NCBI GenBank assembly: GCA_043228905.1
Contig: JBHGNT010000006.1
Coordinates: 1,550,001-1,614,000, forward strand
Reading direction: 5' to 3'
Origin: Azolla caroliniana
Lineage: Eukaryota > Plantae > Polypodiophyta
Length of the DNA stretch: 64,000 nucleotides
Under the pieces are notes generated by a model. It ran no database searches. It was not told the DNA's origin and saw nothing but the letters and a program-made list of their open reading frames with translations. Positions 37,430 to 50,070 of the stretch are shown one piece after another (the stretch's first letter is position 1; each line of letters starts with the position of its first letter). The translations under genes and the position numbers were made by a program.

Positions 37430-38800
37430 AGAACATGATGGGTTGCTAGGTTAGCTCTTTACCTATGCCCATGACATCTTGCTCTTATTGCTAGAACACA
37501 TCTTTAATAGAACTATGTGTGACGGTTTCCCTACTATCTCAATATAACATACCAATCTTCAAGAGTAGAGCCAAATAATGCTAAGCCATTATGGGACAAT
37601 CATGATTGGCCATTACTTGGCCAAATTGTATGGAAGAGGGCAAAGCATGTACATTATAAGAGAATTATTGTTGCTTTGTGAATTTCCAAAAATCCTTCAA
37701 CACTACCACATGCTCTACGCATGCAACAATTAGAAGCCCTTGGTGTCCCTATAGATTATGCGATGCAGAATCTATGCATTGTATGAATATGTATCGAGAA
37801 ACCTAGGTACACTCTCCTAATGGGTTATCAAAGGTTGTATCTCCAACAAAATTACCACATGTTGATGGTATCATGTCGATCTAAGACACTCTAGAGATAC
37901 TAAAAAAGACATGTAAATGCCTTAAAATTAATTTATGAACAGTTTATGTTTGTCAATAGAAACTGATCAAACTAAAATGATGGTATTTAACACCACTTGA
38001 GCATGGCAACAAGTTTAAAACCCAAATTCTTCTTGGACGATCAAGAAAAGGTGGCATTCCCATTATCATACACATACTTAGGAGTGATATTGATAAGGTA
38101 TCGGTTCTCTGTATGAGAGGATACTTGTGCTTGAATTTCTCATGGACATGCGGAGGTTGCTACTCTTGAAAGGCAACATGCATGTTTGCAATTTCAAGAT
38201 CCACGAACTAAATTGCAACTATTTTATATACTTGTCACACCACCTTCTTCCAACTTCCAATATAACTTGGATTGTCACTATCTGAACATGAACAAAGCGG
38301 AAATGCATAGAGTGATCCAAAATGATATTATCAATGTGGAAAACAAAGTACCATTGATAAACTCCACAATATCTCTTGCTAGGAAGATGACCCCACTGTA
38401 AGAAACTTTTTACACACCAAAGGATGGATTCGTCATCAAGCCCTCTCATATGGATATACATCTAGCCTATGTGCTACATAATGTGATAGGGTAGCTACAA
38501 ACTTCTTCATGTCAGATAGAGATTGAAGGAGGCAAATATGCACAAATACCCCCAAAAGAAAGAATTTGTGAACTATGTTATTATGAAGTGGAATCTGAAG
38601 GACATTATGTTTGTCATTGTATTGATTTTTATGAAATAAGAGGGAGATACCATTGTCTTTTTAAGCAAGGCTTTGAAATCTGAGGACGAGTTTTTCTTGT
38701 TAGGACTCAAGAGATATAGGGAGAGGTTTTTGAAGGACAAATATACAACCACACAATATCATCAACAAAGAACAATCGCAACTTTCTTTAGCCCCATCAT
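37430..38800 (+). mobile_element. Highly degenerate RTE/RTEX-like LINE remnant
   Basis: Fragments translate to FVNFQKSFNT (FVDF.KAFD-like), TKMMVF and SCQIEIEGGKYAQIPPKERICELC..EVESEGHYVCHC. Many stops; boundaries approximate. Confidence 0.65.
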
Positions 38801-39899
38801 CCTACTTATGCTACAAATTAGTCAAGAGCTACACACATGGCCCAATGGGCTCTCAATTATTGCAAGGGGGTTTCAATAGACAAATCAATAGCAACTTGTC
38901 ATGAATATGGGCTCTCTTGGACCACAATCTCACCACCCTTGTCATTGACAAATAAAACCATTTTCTCCCATTGTCGCAAGTGTGTTCCTCACTTTGGAGA
39001 CCTCTCCTTTTCGAATTGACGTAGGCAAGAGAATTTTTTAAGACAATAATAATATTACAATATATTTCACTTGAGAAACTTACATGTATAGATTACAAGA
39101 TTATTAGTCATGTCCTATTCTATTTTATTTGCTTTTTTACTTAGTTACATCTATTTTGATTTGTTGTTCTCAAAGGAAGAGACAATATTTTAAGGTCGAA
39201 TCTCTTGTGTGGTCTTATAGACCATTTGGCCTGTTAAAAACGTGTTTATGTATATATCTTTCTTTCGTCTTTCTCTAAACCTGTCGAGGGTTTCTTGAGG
39301 GAAATAACAAAAACTTAGGGAATATCTAGGAAAATGAAGAAAAATGTAGGGGCTATTTCAATGTTTTTCCCTATCAACAACGTCGACCATATAAAGAGGT
39401 AATATTAACATTGTCTCGTCGATCATTTCAACATCAATTGTATAAATCCCTAGTTGTTTTAACGCTATCAATATTACAAGAAGGGGCACTACTAAAATAA
39501 GCTTCATTTATGGGGCATTGAATGTTATAATGCTTTAAATGAGGGAGCTTGATGGATAATTTTGTGATAATTTGGAAGGCGCACAATAGTACAATAGCCA
39601 ATGCTAAGATGGTGTTGTGGAAAAATACAAATAAATGGGAAGCTAAGAACAACCAATTGAAAGCTAAGTGAAGGCAACAAAAAAAAATGTTTAGGTGAGT
39701 TCAAGCTCTAGTCAAAGATTCTACACAACAACATTCTAGAAAATGTTCTACAAAGAGCTAAATAGAGCAAAGAGAGTTCAGGGGGTTGGAAAAATGAGAC
39801 AATTGAGTCAATTTTGAATGCAATGTTCCGTAAGGATACATGCATAAGTTTGATAATAGCAATGACGTCAACAATGGTGTTGCATCATTATTAACTGCA

Positions 39900-40320
39900 A
39901 GGTATCAACATGTGCAAAGTGATGGCATGCCAATGGGGATATGTAATTGGGTTCTGAGCACAAATATTTGGGGTGCTAGCTACTATCGAGTTAATAAAAA
40001 ATTCAAAACAAGAATTAAATGCTCCAATATTCTTTTGAATTTTGGATCCTCTAGAACATAAGATAGAGTTATATCAATATGTTTATAAGGTGGCCTAGCA
40101 CATTTTACATTATTTATGGTCTCTAGTATCTTATCAACATTTTTTTCTCGCATTGCATTAAACATTGTGTACCCTTGCATGTTGCATGTATGGTGGACCG
40201 TGCATGAGCTAAAACATTCATTGGGAATACTAAAGAAACGAGAAGAAATATTCATCCATGGACCATGACAAGTATATTAAACTATTTAGGATTGCTTGCA
40301 CCAAAGATCCATAATTATGT
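39900..40320 (-). pseudogene. Possible degenerate hAT transposase fragment
   Basis: CFSSCTVH resembles the hAT (W.PC..H) motif, followed by VLEDPKF. Weak. Confidence 0.25.
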
Positions 40321-42889
40321 TGTCCATATCACAATAAATCATAGGATCATTGTCATTAGCTAATCATGCATCTTATGGTACACCTTCTGATGTTGGAAGA
40401 CGTATTGGTTACGTGTGATGGTGAAGTGTATACAACAAAAAAAGGGCACATGAAAAATGTATCGTGGTCCCAACATAAAGGAGATCTATGAGGTACCTAT
40501 AATGGCACCACAGCCTAAATGTGTGCATGAAGTAATTTTACCCACACAAGGAAAATTTTGATAAAATAAAAGTAAACATGCTATATACTTTAGAAACTCA
40601 AATAATTTCATCAATGTGTCGTCCGACAAATATTTCTGCATGAGGACATCAATTAGAATTCAATATTAGTGTAATAATGATTTGTTTTTCTATCATCTTA
40701 GGATAATCATTTGTCCTTATTGTAGTGAAGCAACAGTAAAAATAAATCCAAATGATTACCAACAAGAAAGTGTGAGTTAAGGAAACTTATGCTCATGGAT
40801 ATCATAAGAAGTATAGCAAGCATGCAAAGGTAATCATAGTGACTTTTGGAAAGGAAAGTATGGATCTATTTTAGGTTGACCATAATGGTTGTGTGACATC
40901 CAAAGTGTCCATATAGCTCATTATCTAACAAAATTGAAAACAAGGGACATATGGTTGCAAAGTTTTGGTCATGGATCCAACTGCTGGTCTAAATTGGAAT
41001 TATGTCATACCTTCTTTTATGTTGCATAGCTGATAGTTATTGTTCTACTTTCTTTTTTTTCGCAAAAAAAAACTCCTTTCATTAGTTATAAAATTTTACG
41101 AATGAGATTATTGTGTACAAATCCCTGTAGGGATGCGATAGTTCCATCTTATGTGGATGCCCACTGACTCAAGAAAGGGAGAGGACGACCATTGTTCGAT
41201 GAAGGCTATTCGTTGTCTTTCAACTCCATCGGAGCCGCCCTTGAGGCCATCATATTGGCTCTTTAGAGTGGCTACAATTTCACTCCATATCTCTTGCAGT
41301 AACATTGTTGGATGTGCGGTTTGGTTGGAGAAGACCCGTCTACATCGTTGTTTCCATAGAATCCACAGAGTTATTGAGCTGACCAATTCCAACGCAACTT
41401 GAGCTTTGTCATTAAGAGGAGTTGAGTGGACATTGCCGATGGTGGAGAAAAAAACCTCTTGTGCTTTTATCACCAAAGTCATCCCCTCCTCCTGATGCTC
41501 GTATCTACCAACTGGGGTCTGCCATGATAGCCAACATATATTTCCCCACGTGATTGAGCCTTGCACCTGGCATAATTGCAAAAAGTGGCCAACCCCCCGC
41601 CATATTCGATGGGATGTTGGGCAGTCCCACAGAGCGCGTCGTATTGATTCTACTGCATTTGGGCACTCTACACAATTAGGTGAGCTAAGGTTCCCACGTT
41701 GCCATGCTCCCACTGGTAGTGCCTTATGTATTAACAACCATTGGAATGTGGTAATTCGCCTTGCGTGTTGTTGTTTCTAGATTTTCTGCCAAAACTTGGT
41801 GATAATTGTTTGAGAAACTTGATATGTGTGCCAGACCTTTGCAACAGCCGGCTCTCGGGCGGTTTGAGCAGCTAGAATGTGGCGACCCAATCTAGTTGTG
41901 AATTAGAAGAAAGGGATGGGTTTGCTTCCTTACCCCGCGTAAGGATCATGCCATGTCCATTGCAAAGGGTCCCAACTGACCTTACGTAGCCATGTGTTTT
42001 CATGAGCACATATGTGCCAATCGGGTTGGACTTTGATCGAATCAGGATCTACAATCCATTTATGACCAGTATAAGTGAGTACTCGAATTACATTATTATG
42101 TGTGTCTCGCAATTCAGAGCCTTTGGTCCTGTCTAGTGTTCCCCTACCTTTCGGGATCAAAGATCCCTCCTCTTCGTAGCCTATCCATTTCTCCATTGTC
42201 ATCCTTTGAGTAGCAGCTTCCCTAATCAGTAGAGCGTTAATGATTTTCGATCTCAAAGTCCATCTGCCCCTAATTCCATGGAGTATGTTGGCTTCATCTT
42301 GTAGTGGTAGTGATAGAAACCGTCTCCAACATTCTATACTTTTCCTGGACCTTCTGCAATGTATCCCCATGACAATCCCTTACTTGATCCAAGTAGTTGA
42401 TGAGATTCATCCTTGATACATGGGTTCCATAGGATACGTTGACTGAACCAAGCAGGTTTGGAACTCGGATGATTGCACTTGAGCCCTCGTCTAATGTCAC
42501 ATCATGCCTTCCACATGGATGCACTGAATCTATCTGTCAAGATTCGAACTCTTGACACAACCATGTTATAATCTAGTATTATGAGTTAACCAAGATATCT
42601 AGTACTAGTTATGTATGTAATTGGTCCTTCTTATTTTGCTAGCATCATGTGCATAATTGCTCCCTTGTAGTATTTACACTTGGCACGTGCATGCATACCT
42701 ACATGCTCTATTGTAGATTCACATGCGTGCAACAAGTATGCATGCCATGTAGTATAAATAGAGGAGTTCACCTTGAAGGAATTCAAGGTGAACAACACCA
42801 GTTATGGAGTCTTTCCTTTAATACTATCTTCTTTCTTGTCCATTTGGTTATCTTCTTGCTTGTCTCTTGAGTTTATGATCCGTGACAGT

Positions 42890-42900
42890 TTGTTCACCTT
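42890..42900 (+). promoter_or_regulatory. Self-priming PBS (no tRNA PBS)
   Basis: TTGTTCACCTT is the exact reverse complement of AAGGTGAACAA at 42785-42795, which starts 32 nt after TATAAATA at 42753. Confidence 0.8.
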
Positions 42901-42937
42901 CCCATCCTCATAGCTCTCCCTCTCATAAGCCATAGCT

Positions 42938-43951
42938 ATGTCCGACTCAACTAGTGATTTAGGCCAAATAATGGTAGCCTTACGACAACTACAGCTTGAA
43001 AATGAAGCTCTTCGAAATTCTTTAGAAGAACTTCAAGTTGGTACCTCCCTATCCTCACAACCCCCGAACCCTAGTCTCCCACAACAACCTAGCCTAGAGC
43101 CCGATCTTCTACCAACATCTAGCCTAGCTTCGTCACAGTTTCTTGAGCCTAAGGTTAGCCTCCTAGAAAAATTTGATGGAACGAGGTCACGTTTCCGAGG
43201 GTTCATCAACCAAGTTCGACTTATCATTCGGCTACAACCTCAACGTTATGGAGATGGTCTTCGACAAGTCGGCCTTGTGGGCACCCTTCTCTCTGGTCCG
43301 GCCCAAGCTTGGTTTGCACCATTGGTAGAAACCTCATCACCTTTATTGGAGGACTTTCCTACCTTCCTCGCCGAGTTAGAGGCCACATTTGGCGATACAG
43401 ACTGACGACGTACAACTCTTAACAAGATTTATGCACTCGAACAAGGTTCACGTGCAACTTCGGTCTATGCTTCCGAATTTCGACAACTAGCATGCGACGT
43501 CAATTGGGATGATCAAGCTTTAACTAATCACTTTCTGCGCGGTCTTCGAAGCAATGTCAAGAATCTTCTCTTAAACTTTCTGGAGCCCACCTCGTTATCC
43601 CAAGCGATTTCACAAGCAGACCATTGTGACAATCGTCTTTTCGAATTTCGCCAAGAAGAGCGCTGGACTTGGGTTCCACCTCATTCACTTCCACGCCATG
43701 CCCCGGTCATACAACCCCAAGCATCCTCACACTCGCCTACTTCGGCAGATGCTCCTGTCCCCATGGAAATTGATCAAGCCCGATTTCGGCCATTGACTGA
43801 TGTTGAACGACAATTTCGGCGGGCTAATGGCTTGTGCATGTATTGTGGCGCCTCCGGTCATGTCGTTCGCCATTGTCCTAGGAGTACTCGCCCACAATTC
43901 CATCGAGCTAACGGACCCCAACATCCGGAAAACAACATCGTTCGGTTGTAG
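42938..43951 (+). pseudogene. Chromovirus gag (PEG10/sushi-like capsid plus CCHC knuckle) with a premature stop
   Basis: EPKVSL.EKFDGTR..FRGF, PMEID and CMYCGASGH.VRHC; in-frame TGA at 43403-43405. Confidence 0.9.
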
Positions 43952-46900
43952 TAGGAGCCATGCAACTGGACATCTCCCGTCGCCCACATTCTCTTGGTTC
44001 CATTGCCGGACCATCAGGCAATTTCACATTGGAGGTATGGCTTTCGTTTAACTCTAGTTCCATTCAGTTTGTTGCTTTACTTGATTCTGGGGCATCTTCT
44101 TGCTTCATCGACGTCGCGTTTGCCCAAGCACATGGCGTACCTGTCGTTGGCCTCTCAAAACCCATTCTAGTTGAAGCTATCGACGGGTGCGTCCTCTCGT
44201 CAGGTGCAATTACTCAAGCTACAATCCCATTAGGGCTTCGGGTGGGCTCACACCAAGAGGAGCTCACCTTTTACCTCATCGCATCTCCTCGACATCCGAT
44301 CGTCTTAGGACTAACGTGGTTGGAGGCGCACAATCCAATAGTGGATTGGTGCAACCACTCGATCACATTTAGCAAGCCAAGATGCTCGTGCAAAAGTATG
44401 AAGGTAAATTAAGTTTCCTATCCTTCGGAGACAGTCGACTCCGAATTGACTACCTTATCATCGGTCCAGGATGGGTTTGTTTGTGGCGCCATTTCTAACA
44501 CACTCCATGTTATTCCCGAAAAATACCAACACTTCTCTGACGTATTTGAAAAATGCAATGTTGATCGTTTGCCTGAACACCGGCTCTACGATTGTCTGAT
44601 TGATCTTCAAGAAGGTGCGTGTCCACCCTTTGGTCCTCTATATGCGTTGTCTGCACCAGAGTTGAAGGCCCTTCGTGTGTATCTCGATGAGAACCTCGAG
44701 AAAGGCTTTATTCAACCTTCTAAGTAACCAGCCGGGGCCCCCATTTTATTTGTGAAGAAGAAGGACGGCTCTCTACGCTTATGCGTCGACTACCGAGGTC
44801 TCAACAAACTCACTGTGCGCAACCGTTATCCGCTACCTCTGATCCCCGAACTCCTTGATCAGCTCCGAGTTGCGCGTGTCTTCTCCAAAGTTGATCTGCG
44901 TGGAGCGTACAATCTAGTACGCATCAAGGGGGGGGATGAATGGAAAACCGCATTTCGAACCCGGTATGGGCATTTCGAATACAAGGTAATGCCTTTTGGT
45001 CTTACTAACGCTCCCGCAGTTTTTCAACATATGATGAACAATATTTTCCTGGAATATCTTGATCTTTTTGTTGTCATTTACCTCGATGATATTCTCATTT
45101 TCTCGCCAAACATGGAGGAGCACACTCGCCAAGTCCGATTAGTTCTTGCCAAACTTTGCGAGCATGGCCTTTATGCTAAAGGCGAGAAATGCGAGTTCGA
45201 TCGTACCTCGATCGAATTTCTGGGCTACATCATCTCGCCCACTGGCATCACCATGGATATGAAGAAGGTCTCTGTCATTCAGGCGTGGGCGACTCCCAGG
45301 CGACTTAAAGATGTGCAATCCTTCCTCGGCTTCGCGAATTTTTACCGTCGCTTCATCAAGGGGTTTTCCACCCTAGCACAACCTCTTATCGCTCTCACCC
45401 ATAAAGGCACTCCATTTTTATGGACCTCGGAGGCACAAAATGCGTTCGACTCACTCAAACACGCATTCATCACTGCCCCGGTGCTGCTACATGCCGACCC
45501 CACAAAACCCTTCCAAGTCGAAACCGATGCCTCTAACTTTGCCATTGGCGCCATCTTATCCCAGGCAGACGACAACAACCTAATGCACCCAATGGCTTAC
45601 TATTCCCAAAAATTTACGGCATCTGAAATCAATTATCCCATTTACGACAAGGAGCTTGCTGCTATCATTGCTGCCTTTGAAGAATGGCGACCCTACTTGG
45701 TCGACGCACAACATCGTGTCCAAGTAGTGACTGATCATAAAAATTTAGTTTATTTTTCCACCACTCGTACTTTGAATCGAAGGCAGGCCCATTGGTCGAC
45801 ATTTCTCTCTGACTACGATTTTGAGATCGTATTTCAACCTGGTGGCCAACATGGGAAGGCTGATGCCCTTTCTCGTCGAGCTGACCTTGCACTCCGCCCT
45901 AGGGATGCTGCTTATGCTCAACAATCTAGACGTTTGTTGAAACCCGACCAATTGCATCTTTTTGCCACTTGTATGTTGCAGGATGATTCTTTACTCCAAC
46001 AAATCACTGATGCATCCAAGACCGATGCGTTCGCCAACGAGATTCGAGATAGTCTGCAAAACCCCTCCAAGGAGACCAAAAGGAAGGATCTTATACGTCC
46101 CAGAGGGCCCATGTCGCACCCGGGTGTTGCGGGAATGCCACGATGACCCACTTGCAGGTCATTTCGGGGTTGCGAAAACCCTCGAGCTAATCTCTCGGGG
46201 GTATTGGTGGCCACAACCATGGAAGTTGGTCAAAGAATACATAAAGAGTTGTGAGGTTTGTGCTCGCTCCAAAGCCATTCATCATCGGCCATACGGCTTA
46301 CTACAACCGCTTCCATGTCCTCGTCGTCCTTGGGCCTCTATCTCTATGGACGTGATAACTGATCTACCCTTGGTCAATAGCTATGACTCGGTGTTGGTCG
46401 TTGTCGATCGGTTTACGAAGATGGCTCACTTCACTCCATGCTCCAAAACCATTTCCGGAGAAGGAATGGTGCATCTCCTACTCAACAATGTGGTACGCTT
46501 GCATGGACTCCCCAATGATGTCATCTCGGATCGTGGACCCCAGTTTGTCTCTCACTTCTGGCAGCGCCTGCTACAAACTTTAGGCATCTCTGTCAAGTTG
46601 TCCTCCGCTTATCACCCCCAAACTGACGGGCAAACGGAGCGTGTCAACCAAATCCTTGAGCAGTATCTTCGGTGCTCGGTTAGTTACCAACAAGATGATT
46701 GGGTCAACTTACTTTCGCTCGTGGAATTCGCCTACAATAATTCTCTCCATGCATCGAATGGCGTCACTCCCTTCTTTGCCAACAACGGTTTACATCCTCG
46801 CTTCAACATTTCCCTTCCTACCACTTCCGTGAACCCTTCGGCGGAGGATTGCGCCCGCATTTTGGAAGAACTACATCATGATTTATCCTTGGAGCTTAGT

Positions 46901-47461
46901 CTTGCTAGTGAACGATACAAGAAGCAGGCTGATCGCCATCGATCTTCCACTCCACACTTTGTCGTTGGAGACATGGTCTGGTTGTTACGTCGACACGTCT
47001 CTACTACTCGTCCATGTGCGAAACTTGATTACAAGAAGTTGGGACCATTCTGTATCATCGAGTGCATCAATCTCGTTGCCTTCCGGCTCGCCCTTCCATC
47101 CAACTTCCGGATTCACGATGTTTTTCATGTCTCCCTCCTCGAACCCCATTATGCTTCACAACTCCCAGGACGTCAAGACCCACCACCACCACCTGTGCAA
47201 TTGACGACAGGGGAGGAATACAAGGTCGACCAAATCCTTGACTTGCGTTGGCACCGTCGACACTTGCAATACCTCGTCCTATGGAGGGGTTACCCCATGT
47301 CTGAGGCCACATGGGAACCATCGGCAAATTTACAAAATGCCCCAGAGGTCGTCCAAGATTTTCATCACCGATATCCCCACAAACCAGCGGCCGATTTGGG
47401 AAGACGGCGTAAGAGGGGGGATAATGTCAAGATTCGAACTCTTGACACGACCATGTTATAA
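43927..47461 (+). pseudogene. Chromovirus pol (protease, RT, RNase H, integrase, chromodomain) in the -1 frame
   Basis: ALLDSGA, YLDD, ETDAS, YDKEL, H-H-C-C, SDRGPQF, YHPQTDGQTER and chromodomain EY.V.QIL...YLV.W.GY...TWEP. Stops at 44410 and 44725; frameshift near 46090. Confidence 0.93.
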
Positions 47462-49759
47462 TCTAGTATTATGAGTTAACCAAGATATCTAGTACTAGTT
47501 ATGTATATAATTGGTCCTTATTATTTTGCTAGCATCATGTGCATAATTGCTCCCTTGTAGTATTTACACTTGGCACGTGCATGCATACCTACATGCTCTA
47601 TTGTAGATTCACATGCGTGCAACAAGTATGCATGCCATGTAGTATAAATAGAGGAGTTCACCTTGAAGGAATTCAAGGTGAACAACACTAGTTATGGAGT
47701 CTTTCCTTTAATACTATCTTCTTTCTTGTCCATTTGGTTATCTTCTTGCTTGTCTCTTGAGTTTATGATCCGTGACACTATCCTCCAATTGGCGGGAGAA
47801 ACTAGGTTTGAGATCCATGTTTAGAATCCATCCCGTTTGGGGGGCCCAATTGACCCCTTTTCGTGGCCTAAAGTAAGCGAAACGTAATCGCAATAGCATT
47901 TTCCAATAGTCATTTCCTGGTTGGAGTCCTTGCACCACAATTTTGGCAAGTAAGGCTTTTGATTGTGAGAGGGGATCAATAAGACCCAATCCCCCTCTCG
48001 ACTTAGGTGTTGTGAGTATAGGCCACGTCACCTTGGTGCGAGTTATGTGATCTTCCTTACCAGACCAAATGTAGTTGCGTACCAGTCGTTGAATCTTATG
48101 TATACTTTCCTTGGAGATTGTCCAACATGATAGATTGTACCATGTTGTTGCGAGTAGTACCTGGTTTGCCACTATGATGCAAGCTGCTAGCGACAGTTTT
48201 TTCAAACTACAATGTATCAACTTGTGTTGAATGGAATGAATAACGGGTGTAATCATAGTTTCCGATGGTATGTTGAAACCAATTTGGAAACCCAAATATT
48301 TGGTGCTCGCTCCTTGAGTGATCCATTTGAAAGCAGGATGTGGGTGCCACGCAGGATGTGTTTCATTAGAAAGCCATATTGCACAAGATTTGTGCCAATT
48401 GATCATGGCATTGGATCTCTTGCAAAATATGGCTAACCCACTTTCTAGCTTTTGTAGGTTTTCCAAGTCCCCTTGCAGGTAGACCGTTGTGTCATCTACA
48501 AATTCTATATCCAGGACGCTTTGGTGAGAATGAGGCACAGGAAGACCACGTAGGTTGAGATGCCGCAAGTTGAGAAAGCAAGAGAGTGCATATATGACAT
48601 GTTTCAAGTAATATGTACAGTTTTCAAGTAATATACTAAGGTGCATCATTTCTTTTCTTTTTAAACAAGAAAAAAGTCTTGGTCAGGGAACCCACATCCA
48701 AAAGATCTTGCCAAAACTACAACCAATAGATGTTAGTTGTAAGAAATATTGTAGGTTTAGTACAAATTTGTTGATAGTGAGGTCCTTTTACAATGCATGT
48801 ATAATTCTTTTATTTGTGGTTCCACATCATTTATAGGTTCAAATTTCCAAGCTTGGAGCAATAATGCTACAAGTAATACTCTAAAAAAACATCTTCACAA
48901 GAAGAGATGTTCCTTGAGTTATTTATATGCCAATTGTTCCATATGGCATTGCAATGCATATCCACCTATGACGTTGGTTTTAGGCCAACGTAGATTTTAC
49001 TAGTTGAATGTCTAGAAACCTTTCAAATAACTTATTAAATACATTGGTTATATATACCCAAGGAAATCTTCTTTCAACTTTGAGGAAAGTCGATACAAAT
49101 TTGTATGACTTTGGAAAGGTCATACTCATGTGTGCTTTTAATTGTGTATTGTACCCAATGCTTTTAATTGTGTATTTTCAAACTGCAAGGCTAGGATTAC
49201 AAAATGGCCTCAACTATAACAAATACAACAATGCTTGGATTAAGCCAAAAAGCAAACACAATAGTTTAGAAGAAACAAGATAGAATGTTTTCTTGAATGT
49301 GCGTGAGGAATCTAACTATTAGACAAATTCATTATTCAAGCCACTTGTAGAATAAATGGTCATATGGGATGTTAATGGAGTCTCGTTTTTGCTCTTCCTT
49401 AGGGGCATGGTAGGTCATATGTGCATTTATTCACAATTGATTTCTATTTGAAAGGGTCTAATAATATGGTTTTGCACTTCTAATGTCATGGTTTACCATA
49501 GGTAAAGTAGTTTCCTTAGCTCTTCGAAGGAGAAGGCACAACTTCATGCCATATTGTCAAGATATTCAATTTCAATCATCATTTTTGTTTTGCATTAGTA
49601 TGCTAAAATTGAATACAGCCAATAACATGTGTGCATAAGCGGCAGACAAAAACTTCCTTTAAGTTGCTCACATTTGATGGTACCATATCGCCTCCCACAT
49701 AAATTGAGTTGTTTGTTTTTTAAGTTATCCATGCCCTTATTCTTTATTTATACACCAGA

Positions 49760-50070
49760 CTCATAGGTTACTCAATGTTACCTAGTAAGGGCCCAAATTG
49801 TCCGAAAACAACTTCAACATCAAAATAAATAAGGATGAGCTTTATATCTTATAAACAGGAACCATATCAATTGAAAGTATACTAAAATAATCATATGAAA
49901 TCATGAATCTCATAAAATCTCTATCTTTACTTTAGGAGTGTGGCCACTTACTTATGTGCATCAGTCACATAGGTTAACCAATTTTACCTAGTGAGGATCC
50001 AAATTGTCCGACAACAACATCAACATCAAAATAGATAATGATGCATTTTAGATCAAATAAATAAGAACCA
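49760..50070. repeat. Degenerate duplication with ~207-bp period
   Basis: CATAGGTTA..CAAT.TTACCTAGT..GG..CCAAATTGTCCGA.AACAAC.TCAACATCAAAATA occurs twice. Confidence 0.75.

Larger units (their letters stand above)
42535..47777 (+). mobile_element. Full-length Ty3/Gypsy chromovirus (Tcn1/Tf1-sushi-like), young but coding-defective
   Basis: 353-bp LTRs at 42535-42887 and 47425-47777 (TGTCA...TGACA, 4 differences). TSD CTATC at 42530-42534 and 47778-47782. PPT AAGAGGGGGGA at 47411-47421. Domain order gag-PR-RT-RH-INT-chromodomain. Confidence 0.97.
41052..48590 (-). mobile_element. L1/Tx1-like LINE (family A copy 2), 5'-truncated, split by the chromovirus
   Basis: Poly(A) end at ~41052. zf-RVT CVEC..ES...LWDCP; EFVDD and RGGLGLIDP at 47783-48590. 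Colinear with 7260-8925. Confidence 0.9.

Noticed and set aside
39488-39500. CACTA terminal repeat (CACTACTAAAA)
   Set aside because: No matching opposite end with a 3-bp TSD was found.
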